Shown: positions 9,816 through 19,157, counted from the stretch's first letter. The stretch is 64,000 nt of DNA from Minisyncoccota bacterium (GCA_041663005.1 JBAZRK010000002.1:205402-269401), one strand, 5' to 3'. The notes: generated by a model not told the origin, from the sequence alone. Made by a program: numbers and translations.

Positions 9816-10655
9816 ATGAAATCATACAAACCGACAAGCAAATCACGAAGACAAATGACCAACGTCACCTACCGGGGAGTTTTGACTACTTCCACTCCGG
9901 AAAAGTCTCTAACCCACGGTTGGAAACGCGCCGTTGGACGCAACAGCCAAGGCCGCATTACGATGCGACACAAGGGTTCGGGCCACAAGAGACTCTATCG
10001 GGATGTTGATTTCCTTTATAACAAGAAAGATATTCCGGCGAAAATAGTTTCAGTAGAATACGACCCAAACCGCAGCGCCTTCATAGGGCTTGCTATATAC
10101 AAAGATGGCGAGAAAAGATATGTAGTTCTTCCGAAGTCCCTCAAAGCCGGCAGCACATTTGTTGTTTCAGTCAAAGCTCCGCTTGAGCCTGGAAATCGTT
10201 TGCCACTTAAAAATATTCCAGTAGGAACATTTGTTTACAACATCGAACTTAAGCCACAAGGAGGAGCTAAGATTGGTCGCTCCGCAGGAATATTCGCGCA
10301 AGTTGTGGCGAATGCCGAAGGATACACGAACATAAAAATGCCTTCAAGCGAAGTTCGCAAAGTAAGCGAAAATTGCTGGGCGACAATAGGCACAGTTTCA
10401 AACGAAGAACATCATTTGGAAAATTATGGTAAAGCGGGACGCAGTCGCTGGAAGGGAATCAGGCCAACAGTCCGCGGTACCGCGATGAACCCGGTAGACC
10501 ATCCATACGGAGGAGGAGAAGGCAGACAAGGCCGTGGTACAAAAAGACCGAAAACAATGTGGGGTAAAGTCACCGGAGGACGCAAAACGAGGAGCCCTAA
10601 GAAATACTCAAACGTCTTCATAGTCTCTCGCCGAAAAACAGGAAAAAACAAATAA
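9816..10655 (+). CDS. rplB: 50S ribosomal protein L2
   Basis: EYDPNRSA, RGTAMNPVDHPYGGGEG. Confidence 0.99.
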   Translation: MKSYKPTSKSRRQMTNVTYRGVLTTSTPEKSLTHGWKRAVGRNSQGRITMRHKGSGHKRLYRDVDFLYNKKDIPAKIVSVEYDPNRSAFIGLAIYKDGEKRYVVLPKSLKAGSTFVVSVKAPLEPGNRLPLKNIPVGTFVYNIELKPQGGAKIGRSAGIFAQVVANAEGYTNIKMPSSEVRKVSENCWATIGTVSNEEHHLENYGKAGRSRWKGIRPTVRGTAMNPVDHPYGGGEGRQGRGTKRPKTMWGKVTGGRKTRSPKKYSNVFIVSRRKTGKNK

Positions 10656-10657
10656 AA

Positions 10658-10687
10658 AATTAAAAGCCCCGAACGGGGCTTTTAATT
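10658..10687 (+). terminator. Intrinsic terminator between rplB and rpsS
   Basis: AATTAAAAGCCCCG-AA-CGGGGCTTTTAATT perfect inverted repeat. Confidence 0.75.
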
Positions 10688-10820
10688 TGACTTTTACTGC
10701 CAATTTGCTACTATGAAACCAAGCTCGCTAGGGGGCTATTTTTTATGCCGACGAAGGAGGAGCACGGTGGAAATGTTTATATTTACACAGTGTCCTAATG
10801 ATATCGAGCCAAGATTACTT
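10687..10820 (+). promoter_or_regulatory. Internal promoter and structured leader of rpsS (candidate r-protein leader)
   Basis: TTGACT-16-TACTAT; closing stems GCTCG(10723)/CGAGC(10805) and TAGG/CCTA enclose further hairpins. Confidence 0.6.
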
Positions 10821-11174
10821 ATGACAAGATCAATAAAGAAAGGATTAAACGTAAATGAAAGGCTACTCAAAAAGATAGCCGGCAAAAACCCGTTGCAAAC
10901 TCCTATGGTTAAGGTCTGGCAGCGTGCTTCGGTTATTTCTCCCGAAATGCTCGGATTTACTTTCGGCGTATACAACGGTAAAACTCACATTGAAGTTTTA
11001 GTTACCGAAGATATGGTGGGGCATCGTTTGGGAGAATTTTCGCCAACCAAGAAATTTATGAAACACGGAGGTAAGATGCAGAAAGAACTCGAAATGAAGA
11101 AGAAAGAAGCCGAAGTCGCACAAGCTAAAGCAGCTACCGCGGTAGCAACGGACGCCAAGGCCGGTAGTAAATAA
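10821..11174 (+). CDS. rpsS: 30S ribosomal protein S19 with a C-terminal extension
   Basis: Start at 10821 (MTRSIKKG); MVGHRLGEFSPT. Confidence 0.97.
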   Translation: MTRSIKKGLNVNERLLKKIAGKNPLQTPMVKVWQRASVISPEMLGFTFGVYNGKTHIEVLVTEDMVGHRLGEFSPTKKFMKHGGKMQKELEMKKKEAEVAQAKAATAVATDAKAGSK

Positions 11175-11180
11175 AATAAT

Positions 11181-11567
11181 ATGAAAGCCTTTTTGAAAAA
11201 TTACAGACAATCCCCACGTAAGGTCCGCTTGGTTGCGAGCCTGGTGAAAGGCAAAGACGTGGCGAACGCTATGGCCCAGCTTGATTTCCTAGCGAAGCGA
11301 GCCAGCACCCCAATCAAGAAACTTCTTATGTCCGCAGTTGCCAATGCCAAGAACCAGGGAGTAGAAGCTGAAAATTTATTTATCAAAGAACTTCGCGTTG
11401 ACAAGGGGATAGTGATGAAGCGAGTAATGCCGGCAGCCATGGGCTCCGCACACCGCATCAACAAAAGGACTAGTCACGTTGAGGTGATTTTAGCCGAAAA
11501 GGTTCTCCCGGTTAAAAAATCAAAAGCAGCAAAAACAGTAAAAGCCAAAAAAGTTAAAGCAAAATAA
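11181..11567 (+). CDS. rplV: 50S ribosomal protein L22
   Basis: RQSPRKVRLVA, SAVANA, KRTSHV. Confidence 0.97.
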   Translation: MKAFLKNYRQSPRKVRLVASLVKGKDVANAMAQLDFLAKRASTPIKKLLMSAVANAKNQGVEAENLFIKELRVDKGIVMKRVMPAAMGSAHRINKRTSHVEVILAEKVLPVKKSKAAKTVKAKKVKAK

Positions 11568-11570
11568 TTT

Positions 11571-12296
11571 ATGAGTAAAATTGTACATCCATACGCACAT
11601 AGATTGACGATACTAAGGGACTGGAAGTCTCGCTGGTTTGCTGATCCGAAAAAATACGTAGCTTACCTTAAAGGGGATGTATTAATTCGTCAGTACTTGG
11701 AAAAGAAACTCCGTGGGATGTATGTATCCTCCATCGAAATAGAACGTAGCCGTAAAGCAACTCGCTTTATCATCAAGACTTCTCGTCCGGGACTTATCAT
11801 AGGACGAAACGGTGAAGGCGCTACTAAACTCAAAGAAGAAATCTTGAAGAAAATGGATCATTTGAAACTTCCACGACCGGAAGACTTCAAGTTGGAAATT
11901 ATGGAAATAGGTAACCCTGAGGCTGATGCTGCAATAGTGGCATATATGATTGCTGAAGGATTGGAGAAAAGAATGCCGTACCGCCGAGTCATCAAGCAAA
12001 CCATTGAAAAGGTTATGAACGCGCACGGAGTAGAAGGAGCGCGTGTGGTGCTGTCCGGACGATTAGGTGGCGCCGAAATTGCCCGTACGGAAGAGCTTAA
12101 GAGGGGATCCATCCCGCTTCAGACTTTCCGCGCGGACATCGATTTCAAGCGTGAACGGGCAACCCTATCTTACGGAGTTGTCGGCATTAAAGTCTGGATT
12201 TACCGCGGTAAAATTTTTGCCGAGAAGAAATCAGCCAAGACCGCTTTCAGTACTGAGCCCAGGAATGAAGGAGAGAATAAAATAAAAACAGATTAA
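11571..12296 (+). CDS. rpsC: 30S ribosomal protein S3
   Basis: RPGLIIGRNG, SGRLGGAEIARTE, GIKVWIY. Confidence 0.98.
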   Translation: MSKIVHPYAHRLTILRDWKSRWFADPKKYVAYLKGDVLIRQYLEKKLRGMYVSSIEIERSRKATRFIIKTSRPGLIIGRNGEGATKLKEEILKKMDHLKLPRPEDFKLEIMEIGNPEADAAIVAYMIAEGLEKRMPYRRVIKQTIEKVMNAHGVEGARVVLSGRLGGAEIARTEELKRGSIPLQTFRADIDFKRERATLSYGVVGIKVWIYRGKIFAEKKSAKTAFSTEPRNEGENKIKTD

Positions 12297-12300
12297 ATTT

Positions 12301-12729
12301 ATGTTGTTACCGAAAAAAGTAAAATTTAGAAAGTGGCAGAGCAACAGGAGCAATCCTAAAAAGATAACTGCAGATACGCGTGGTACCAAGATTGCCTTCG
12401 GCTCTTTCGGTTTGAAATCCGAGTCTGAAGCGCGAGTAAAGTCCACCCAGATTGAGTCCGCTCGAAAAGTTATTTCCCGAACCTTAACCAAATCCGGTAA
12501 ATACTGGGTTCGTATTTTCCCCGACCGACCTTTCACCGCTAAAGCTGCAGAAGTAGGAATGGGGAAAGGTAAAGGAGATCCGCAAGGGTATTGCTTTGAA
12601 GTTTTACCTGGCCGCATACTTTTCGAAGTGGATGGTGCTGAGGAAAGCGTAGCCCGAGAAGCATTACGAAAGGCGGGCTCCAAACTTCCGGTAAAAACCC
12701 GAGTAGTTAGCCGCGGACAGAAACAATAA
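12301..12729 (+). CDS. rplP: 50S ribosomal protein L16
   Basis: RIFPDRPFT, MGKGKG, KLPVKT. Confidence 0.98.
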   Translation: MLLPKKVKFRKWQSNRSNPKKITADTRGTKIAFGSFGLKSESEARVKSTQIESARKVISRTLTKSGKYWVRIFPDRPFTAKAAEVGMGKGKGDPQGYCFEVLPGRILFEVDGAEESVAREALRKAGSKLPVKTRVVSRGQKQ

Positions 12730-12730
12730 A

Positions 12731-12934
12731 ATGGCAAAGAAAAAGGAAAATTTAAAAGAAGTAAAGACGGGTGAGCTTGAGAAGAAGCTCCATACCCTAC
12801 AGGAGGAAGAGCGGGGAATTCGTTTCAAAGCGGAAGGAGCTCGTTCCAAGAATGTGAAAGAGCTTTGGAATCTGAAAAAGACAATCGCCAGAATCCTTAC
12901 GGAATTAAATAATAGAACAGGAGAAGAAAAATAA
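12731..12934 (+). CDS. rpmC: 50S ribosomal protein L29
   Basis: KKTIARILT; lies between rplP and rpsQ. Confidence 0.9.
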   Translation: MAKKKENLKEVKTGELEKKLHTLQEEERGIRFKAEGARSKNVKELWNLKKTIARILTELNNRTGEEK

Positions 12935-12938
12935 TTAT

Positions 12939-13193
12939 ATGACCAAGAAAGACACAACTAAAGAATCAAAAGGCCGCACGCTCCAAGGTGTAGTGGTTTC
13001 CGACAAAATGGACAAGACTGTTGTGGTTTCAGTTTCCAGATTCGTTAAGCACCCGCTCTATGGTAAGTACTACCAGGTAAGCAAGAAGTATAAAGCTCAC
13101 GACGAGAACAAGAAGTATAAAACCGGCGACAAGGTTCAAATAACGGAGACCAAGCCAATTTCCAAAGACAAGAAATTCAAAGTAGTAGAATAA
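12939..13193 (+). CDS. rpsQ: 30S ribosomal protein S17
   Basis: [20 protein letters not shown]. Confidence 0.97.
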   Translation: MTKKDTTKESKGRTLQGVVVSDKMDKTVVVSVSRFVKHPLYGKYYQVSKKYKAHDENKKYKTGDKVQITETKPISKDKKFKVVE

Positions 13194-13197
13194 TTTT

Positions 13198-13569
13198 ATG
13201 ATACAAAACGAAACATTAGTAAAAATAGCTGACAACGCCGGGGGAACCGTAGGAAAGGTTTTCAAGATTTTAGGTTCTTCCAAGAAGCGTTATGCGAGCT
13301 TGGGCGAGAGAGTAATCATTTCAGTTAAGATTGCGAGCCCACGTAAGGCAGTCAAGAAGAAAGACGTGCTTGAGGCGGTAGTGGTGCGCACCCGCGAGGC
13401 TTACAGACGCAAGGACGGTTCATATATTCGCTTTGACGACAATGCCGTAGTAGTCTTGGAAAAAGGCAAACTAGATCCGAAAGCGGGACGTGTTTTCGGA
13501 CCGATGCCGAGAGAGCTTGCGGAAAAAGGTTATCAGAAAATAATTTCACTAGCCCAGGAAGTCATATAA
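13198..13569 (+). CDS. rplN: 50S ribosomal protein L14
   Basis: ADNAG, IRFDDNA, RVFGP. Confidence 0.98.
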   Translation: MIQNETLVKIADNAGGTVGKVFKILGSSKKRYASLGERVIISVKIASPRKAVKKKDVLEAVVVRTREAYRRKDGSYIRFDDNAVVVLEKGKLDPKAGRVFGPMPRELAEKGYQKIISLAQEVI

Positions 13570-13577
13570 CAAAATTA

Positions 13578-13612
13578 GACGTCGGAGATCAAGGGTTTAG
13601 ATGTCCGACGTC
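13578..13612. repeat. GACGTCGGA...TCCGACGTC palindrome family, copy 1
   Basis: GACGTCGGAGATC-AAGGGTTTA-GATGTCCGACGTC; related copies at 15744 and 52526. Confidence 0.8.
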
Positions 13613-13623
13613 AGAAAAACAAA

Positions 13624-13842
13624 ATGAAAATCAAGAAAGGCGACAGCGTAATAATAATGGCAGGCAAGGATAAAGGTAAATCCGGTAAAGTTGTGCATGC
13701 CCTACCGAAAAAGAATAAAGTCGTAGTGGAGGGTCTTAATATGACCAAACGACACCAGAGGCCAAGGAAGTCCGGCGAGAAGGGGACAGTTTTAAGTATG
13801 GCTATGCCTATCGATGTGTCTAATGTAAAAAAAGCAAAATAG
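13624..13842 (+). CDS. rplX: 50S ribosomal protein L24 (short, 72 aa)
   Basis: KIKKGD, GKDKGKSG KOW motif, VEGLN, PIDVSNV. Confidence 0.95.
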   Translation: MKIKKGDSVIIMAGKDKGKSGKVVHALPKKNKVVVEGLNMTKRHQRPRKSGEKGTVLSMAMPIDVSNVKKAK

Positions 13843-13863
13843 TTCGACGAGCTCACTATAAAT
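13839..13863 (+). repeat. TTCGAC-nn-GCTCA element, copy 1 (contains the rplX stop)
   Basis: ATAG-TTCGACGAGCTCA-CTATAAAT. Confidence 0.8.
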
Positions 13864-13877
13864 AATTCTATATAAGT

Positions 13878-14426
13878 ATGAAGCATTCAACAGTAAAAGA
13901 AAGAGAAATACAGAGTTTTGAAAAAATGAAAGGAGCTTTTCATTATAAAAACTCAATGGCGGCACCACGTTTAGAGAAAGTGGTGGTCAATACCGGCACC
14001 GGCACCGCTATGAAAAAGGATAAAAACAAAAACGAAGCAATAGCTTTGCGATTGTCGAAAATTACCGGACAGAAAGCCTCTCTCCGTGGAGCCAAGCAGT
14101 CAATTTCATCCTTTAAGGTTCGACAGGGAGACCCTATCGGCGCTATGGTGACCCTACGAGGCAAAAGAATGTTTGCCTTCCTTGAGAAGCTCATAAACGT
14201 AGCTCTACCCCGCACGAAGGACTTCCGAGGTATCAAGCGCGGCGCAGTGGACAACATTGGTAACCTAACCATCGGTATCAAAGAACACACAATTTTCCCG
14301 GAAACAGCAGATGAAGATATTCGCGACGTTTTCGGTCTGTCTATCACTCTTGTCTCTACGGCAAAAACAAAAGCTGAAGGTCTCGCTTTCTTCGAAAACT
14401 TGGGCGTGCCTTTCAAGAAGGAATAA
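13878..14426 (+). CDS. rplE: 50S ribosomal protein L5
   Basis: ITGQK, VTLRG, ALPRTKDFRG, IFPE. Confidence 0.98.
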   Translation: MKHSTVKEREIQSFEKMKGAFHYKNSMAAPRLEKVVVNTGTGTAMKKDKNKNEAIALRLSKITGQKASLRGAKQSISSFKVRQGDPIGAMVTLRGKRMFAFLEKLINVALPRTKDFRGIKRGAVDNIGNLTIGIKEHTIFPETADEDIRDVFGLSITLVSTAKTKAEGLAFFENLGVPFKKE

Positions 14427-14436
14427 TTTCGTACGT

Positions 14437-14579
14437 TTGACTATTGAGCTTTAATTTGCTAGTATCGGAGTAAGGGAATACCGCTGTGATTAATCCGCTT
14501 TTCTCCTCCGACGCCTTATATTATAAGGGTTCGGAGAAAAAAAGTGAGATATTAACAGAGCGCTCCCGAATAATTATTT
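14437..14579 (+). promoter_or_regulatory. Internal promoter and long-hairpin leader of rpsN
   Basis: TTGACT-17-TAGTAT; bulged hairpin 14474-14567 (GGGA/TCCC, CGCT/AGCG, TTAAT/ATTAA, TCCGA/TCGGA, CCTTAT/ATAAGG). Confidence 0.65.
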
Positions 14580-14765
14580 ATGGCAAAAACATCAGTTATC
14601 GCAAGAAGCAAAAAGAAACCTAAATTTTCAACTCGAGCAAAAAATCGATGTTTTAAGTGTGGGCGCGGGAATGCCTTTATGCGCGATTTTGGAATTTGCC
14701 GAATCTGTTTCAGGGAATTAGCAAATGAAGGAATGCTGCCTGGAGTCAGGAAGTCTTCTTGGTAG
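14580..14765 (+). CDS. rpsN: 30S ribosomal protein S14, zinc-binding (C+) type
   Basis: RCFKCGR...CRICFR...KSSW; 61 aa. Confidence 0.97.
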   Translation: MAKTSVIARSKKKPKFSTRAKNRCFKCGRGNAFMRDFGICRICFRELANEGMLPGVRKSSW

Positions 14766-14785
14766 TAGAATAGATCACAAAATAT

Positions 14786-15172
14786 ATGGATTCAATTTCA
14801 AACATGATAATAATAATGAAGAACGCTTCGCTCGCCGGTAAAGAAACCGCGGTTGTTCCTTATTCCAAGTTGAAGGGCGCTATAGGTGACTGTCTCCAGA
14901 AAGCCGGCTATGTCGGTGAAATTTCGAAGAAAGTGAAGAAAGGACACCCGATTATGGAAGTAAAACTTTTGTACGTGGACAAAAAACCCAAAATTGCCGA
15001 AGTTGAAAGAATTTCCAAACAGTCTCGCCGAGTGTATTTCGGTATGAAAGATATTCATACTGTCAGAAACGGTACAGGGCTTTTAGTGCTTTCAACACCA
15101 AAGGGAATTTTATCAGGCAAGGATGCCCGCAAAGAGCAAGTGGGAGGTGAAGCTTTATTTAGAATTTGGTAG
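14786..15172 (+). CDS. rpsH: 30S ribosomal protein S8
   Basis: RISKQSRRVY, LSTPKG, GGE. Confidence 0.97.
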   Translation: MDSISNMIIIMKNASLAGKETAVVPYSKLKGAIGDCLQKAGYVGEISKKVKKGHPIMEVKLLYVDKKPKIAEVERISKQSRRVYFGMKDIHTVRNGTGLLVLSTPKGILSGKDARKEQVGGEALFRIW

Positions 15173-15193
15173 TTCGACAAGCTCACTATAAAT
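15170..15193 (+). repeat. TTCGAC-nn-GCTCA element, copy 2 (contains the rpsH stop)
   Basis: TAG-TTCGACAAGCTCA-CTATAAAT. Confidence 0.8.
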
Positions 15194-15202
15194 AAAAATT
15201 TT

Positions 15203-15736
15203 ATGTCACGAATAGGAAAACAAGAAATTTTAATACCAGCAGGAATCAAGATCACCAAAAGTGGCAACACTTTGTCAGTGGTGGGCCCGAAGGGGACCCT
15301 GTCGAAAATATTTCGTGATGATATAACAATGGAAGTTACCGACAAGTCTGTGAAGCTTGATATCAAACGCAACGATAAGTTTTCCAAGGCTCTCTGGGGT
15401 ACCTACGCTTCCCACATCAAGAATATGATTAAAGGCGTAACCACTCCGTATCAGAAGAAGCTCGTGCTCGAAGGAGTTGGATTCAAGTCAGAAGTGAAGG
15501 GCAAGGAACTTCATTTGGCGCTTGGCTTTTCTCACCCAGTTGTTGTTAAAATTCCCGAAGGCATTGCTATGAAAGCCGAGAAGAACGTAATTTCCGTAGA
15601 AGGCATTGATAAGGAATTAGTAGGTAGCTTCACTGCTGCCGTACGTGCCTTAAAGAAGCCGGAGCCATATAAGGGTAAGGGTATGCGTTACGAAGACGAA
15701 GTAATACGTCGCAAGCAGGGCAAGAAGACAGTTTAA
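15203..15736 (+). CDS. rplF: 50S ribosomal protein L6
   Basis: MSRIGK, LGFSHP, PEPYKGKG. Confidence 0.98.
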   Translation: MSRIGKQEILIPAGIKITKSGNTLSVVGPKGTLSKIFRDDITMEVTDKSVKLDIKRNDKFSKALWGTYASHIKNMIKGVTTPYQKKLVLEGVGFKSEVKGKELHLALGFSHPVVVKIPEGIAMKAEKNVISVEGIDKELVGSFTAAVRALKKPEPYKGKGMRYEDEVIRRKQGKKTV

Positions 15737-15743
15737 AATAACA

Positions 15744-15779
15744 GACGTCGGACATCAAGAATCCCAGATGTCCGACGTC
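15744..15779. repeat. GACGTCGGA...TCCGACGTC palindrome family, copy 2
   Basis: GACGTCGGACATC-AAGAATCCCA-GATGTCCGACGTC, perfect 13-bp arms. Confidence 0.8.
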
Positions 15780-15793
15780 AAGAAGACAAACAC

Positions 15794-16135
15794 ATGCAAA
15801 CAAAAACAGACAAAAGAATCAGACTTAAGAAAAAAATCAGAACTAAAATCCGCGGTTCGGCCGAGCGCCCACGCCTGTCTGTTTTCCGTTCCAACAAATT
15901 TATTTACGCGCAAGTCATTGATGACACAGTAGGGAAGACTTTGGTTTCTGCCAGCGATGTTAAGGTTGCCAAAGGTACCAAGATTGAACGAGCCAAGGAA
16001 GTAGGGAAGGCCATCGCGCTTGAATGCGGTAAGGCAAAGATTAAAAAAGTTGTCTTTGACCGCAATGGATTCAAGTACACCGGCCGAATTAAATTAGTCG
16101 CCGATGTTGCCAGAGAAGGCGGATTGGAATTTTAA
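15794..16135 (+). CDS. rplR: 50S ribosomal protein L18
   Basis: [22 protein letters not shown]. Confidence 0.98.
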   Translation: MQTKTDKRIRLKKKIRTKIRGSAERPRLSVFRSNKFIYAQVIDDTVGKTLVSASDVKVAKGTKIERAKEVGKAIALECGKAKIKKVVFDRNGFKYTGRIKLVADVAREGGLEF

Positions 16136-16186
16136 AAGCGTCGCGCTTTAATGGACGATTGCGCGACATGATTTCGTAAAATCAAT

Positions 16187-16750
16187 ATGGAAAAAAGAAA
16201 CGAAAAAAAAGGTAGCGGGCGCAGAGGGGGATCGTCATTCGGACGCCCTAAGCCTGAGTTCGACCAGAAAATCATAGACATTAGGCGCGTGACTCGTGTG
16301 GTTGCCGGAGGACGCCGATTTTCTTTCTCCGTGGCGTTGGTTGCCGGAGACAAAAAAGGGAATGTTGGATTGGGATTAGGAAAGGCAGGAGACACAGCCC
16401 TCGCCATCAACAAAGCCCTCCGCAATGCCAAGAAAAATATGGTTAAACTTCACCTGACTAAAACTATGTCTATTCCGCACGAACTTTCTGCTAAATTCTC
16501 AAGCTCGAAAGTGGCGCTCTATCCTAACAAGGGACGTGGCTTGGTGGCTGGATCAGTAATTCGTGATATCGTAAACCTCTCCGGAGCGAAAGACATAACC
16601 GGCAAGATTCTCTCTCGCAGTACAAATAAATTAAACAACGCTAAGGCCGTAATGGAAGCATTCAAAGGAATTTCTTCACGATACACTAAAGCTGCACCGG
16701 AAGTTTCAGCCACAGTCGTTGTTGCCAATAAAGAAGTACCAGTAGAATAA
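16187..16750 (+). CDS. rpsE: 30S ribosomal protein S5
   Basis: RVTRVVAGGRRFSF. Confidence 0.97.
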   Translation: MEKRNEKKGSGRRGGSSFGRPKPEFDQKIIDIRRVTRVVAGGRRFSFSVALVAGDKKGNVGLGLGKAGDTALAINKALRNAKKNMVKLHLTKTMSIPHELSAKFSSSKVALYPNKGRGLVAGSVIRDIVNLSGAKDITGKILSRSTNKLNNAKAVMEAFKGISSRYTKAAPEVSATVVVANKEVPVE

Positions 16751-16774
16751 TGGTTCGACAAGCTCACCATAAAT
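16750..16774 (+). repeat. TTCGAC-nn-GCTCA element, copy 3 (occupies the usual rpmD position)
   Basis: ATGG-TTCGACAAGCTCA-CCATAAAT; compensatory stem change relative to copies 1 and 2. Confidence 0.8.
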
Positions 16775-16777
16775 AAT

Positions 16778-17089
16778 ATGCAAATACATAATCTAAAAAG
16801 AATACATAAGAACAAGAAAGATCGGCTAGTGGGCCGCGGGGGGAAGCACGCTAAGACTTCCGGTCGCGGAGGCAAGGGGCAGACTGCCCGCGCCGGTAAC
16901 AAGCGCCGACCCGAACTTCGAGATATAATTAAGAAGTTGCCAAAGAATCGCGGTTACCAATTCAAATCTATCCAAAAGATGGTGCTCGTAGCGAAAGATA
17001 AAACCATCTCGAGCGGCACTAAGAAGGAGACCTTTAAAGAGATACGAAAGCGACTAGGGATTAAGGGCGGGAAGATTAAAGTTAAGTAA
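16778..17089 (+). CDS. rplO: 50S ribosomal protein L15 (short, 103 aa)
   Basis: VGRGG, KTSGRGGKGQTARAG, LPKNRG. Confidence 0.93.
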   Translation: MQIHNLKRIHKNKKDRLVGRGGKHAKTSGRGGKGQTARAGNKRRPELRDIIKKLPKNRGYQFKSIQKMVLVAKDKTISSGTKKETFKEIRKRLGIKGGKIKVK

Positions 17090-17118
17090 ACTCTCGACTG
17101 GAAAAGTCGGAAACAAAA

Positions 17119-18390
17119 ATGGAAAATTTCTGGAACAAAATAAAACTGATATGGACAGACTCCAGCTTGCGAAATCGGATTTTTTTTGTGCTCTTTGCCC
17201 TAATCGTCTTCCGACTGCTTGCTGCTATTCCTATTCCAGGGATTGACCAGACGGCGCTTGAGCGTTTCCTTTCCAACAACCAATTCTTTGGCATCCTAAA
17301 CATTTTCTCTGGCGGTGGATTGTCCAACCTTTCTATCATAATGTTGGGCGTTGGTCCTTACATCACTAGCTCTATTATTATGCAGCTCCTTACCTTGATG
17401 GTTCCCGCCTTGAAGCGCCTTTATCACGAAGAAGGGGAAGCAGGTAGGAAAAAGTTTTCTCAGTGGAGCCGATTGATTACTGTTCCCTTGGCCGCAGTGC
17501 AGGGCTTCAGCTTGTTGTTCCTTTTGGAACAGCAAAATATTATTTTCCACCTCAATGCTTTCGACCGAATGACAAATTTGTTTATTGTCGTTGCGGGCTC
17601 TATCCTCCTTATGTGGATAGGGGAGCTCGTTACTGAGTTTGGAATTGGTAACGGAGTTTCTTTAATAATTTTCGCTGGTATCGTCTCACGTCTTCCGACC
17701 GTAGTTGGCGAGCTTGCCTTTCAATTTGATGCTTCCCAGATACCGCTTTACCTCGGGTTTGCTGTTGCTGGTCTTCTAGTCATCGCGGGTATCGTGGTGG
17801 TTACGGAAGCGGAGAGGCCAATTCCAGTTACTTATGCTAAACGTGTCCGCGGAGCGAAAATGTATGGTGGTGGGTCTACATACTTGCCTTTGCGTGTTAA
17901 CCAAGCCGGAGTAATTCCAATAATCTTTGCACTCTCCATCCTCCTCTTCCCTCAGATGATAGGAACTTTCTTGGCGCGTTTTACTAATCCAATTTTACTG
18001 AAAATTTCTGCTGTTCTTTCCGCATTCTCGAACACGAGCGTGCTCTACGCAGTGCTCTACTTTATGTTTGTATTTATGTTCACTTATTTCTATACCGCCG
18101 TTACTTTCGATCCGGAAGCTTTGTCCGAGAATTTACAAAAAAATGGCGCCTTTATTCCAGGTATTCGCCCAGGACCATCTACTTCAGAATATATTTCTAA
18201 GGTTCTTACCCGCATCACCCTCCTCGGGGCCGTATTCCTTGGAGTCATCGCCGTACTTCCAATAATTATGCAGCGAATGACTGGCATCGCCTCACTCGCC
18301 ATCGGGGGAACCTCGGTTCTTATCGTTGTCTCAGTAGTTCTAGACTTACTCAAAAAAGTCGATGCTCAAGTCTCAATGCGAGAGTACTAA
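17119..18390 (+). CDS. secY: Preprotein translocase subunit SecY
   Basis: LGVGPYITSSI, GIGNGVSL, AGVIPIIFA, GGTSVLIVV. Confidence 0.99.
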   Translation: MENFWNKIKLIWTDSSLRNRIFFVLFALIVFRLLAAIPIPGIDQTALERFLSNNQFFGILNIFSGGGLSNLSIIMLGVGPYITSSIIMQLLTLMVPALKRLYHEEGEAGRKKFSQWSRLITVPLAAVQGFSLLFLLEQQNIIFHLNAFDRMTNLFIVVAGSILLMWIGELVTEFGIGNGVSLIIFAGIVSRLPTVVGELAFQFDASQIPLYLGFAVAGLLVIAGIVVVTEAERPIPVTYAKRVRGAKMYGGGSTYLPLRVNQAGVIPIIFALSILLFPQMIGTFLARFTNPILLKISAVLSAFSNTSVLYAVLYFMFVFMFTYFYTAVTFDPEALSENLQKNGAFIPGIRPGPSTSEYISKVLTRITLLGAVFLGVIAVLPIIMQRMTGIASLAIGGTSVLIVVSVVLDLLKKVDAQVSMREY

Positions 18391-19157
18391 TTGTCTAGCC
18401 TTTTAGCTTCTGCCAGGGCTAATTTAAATACACTTCTTAGTGTTGTGGCTATTTCTTTGGATTCGATTATGACTCCCAATTTTTCTTTCCAAGAGGCAAT
18501 CATTACTTTGTCGTTATAAATTTCTATGTCTGTGGGCACGGGGAACTTATCTCCCGGCACAAGTGAAGTGTCGCGGTATTCTATTGCGTCCCTTGATTTT
18601 CTTTTGCGGGCGAGGGGAGTGTCAGCGACGAAAGTATGCACGAATATTTTTTTCTTGGCGCGGCGTTCATAGTATGTCTCAAAATATTTCGGTAAAGTCT
18701 CATGCATTTCTTCATACGTGGAAGTGGAATAAATATCTCCCTTAGACGTGAGGGAGTCTTCGTACACATGCTCTAATCCCGCAAACCCTTCATAGAAAAA
18801 TACGCGAGGCCTGTCACCCACATTATAGAGTGAAGTAAGCTCGGGTAAAACTTCTTTGGCAGTATCGGCGAGCGTTTTTTGTTTTTTAGCTTGCGCTTCA
18901 AGGTATTCCACCAAGTTGGCAGGGGACAGAGCGGCGTATTCTTCCTTCGGTTCTTTGCCGGAGATTTTTACGAGCTTTTTGCCGACTAGACTATCTAATA
19001 TGACATACCCGGTCGAGCGATTTATGCCCGCCTTCCTAGATATCTCAGCAACAGTACCTCGGCCCAGCTCTAATATGGTCAAATATATGGCTATTTCCTT
19101 GTCTAAAAAGCCACTATCTTTCAATAATTGCTCTATTTTTAACATTTGTTCCTTCAT
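18387..19157 (-). CDS. TrmB-family transcriptional regulator
   Basis: N-terminal wHTH (EISRKAGINRSTGYVILDSL), V-x-FYEG, EIYNDKV effector domain; minus-strand TTGACA-17-TATAAT at 19194-19166. Confidence 0.85.
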   Translation of the reverse strand: MKEQMLKIEQLLKDSGFLDKEIAIYLTILELGRGTVAEISRKAGINRSTGYVILDSLVGKKLVKISGKEPKEEYAALSPANLVEYLEAQAKKQKTLADTAKEVLPELTSLYNVGDRPRVFFYEGFAGLEHVYEDSLTSKGDIYSTSTYEEMHETLPKYFETYYERRAKKKIFVHTFVADTPLARKRKSRDAIEYRDTSLVPGDKFPVPTDIEIYNDKVMIASWKEKLGVIIESKEIATTLRSVFKLALAEAKRLDN

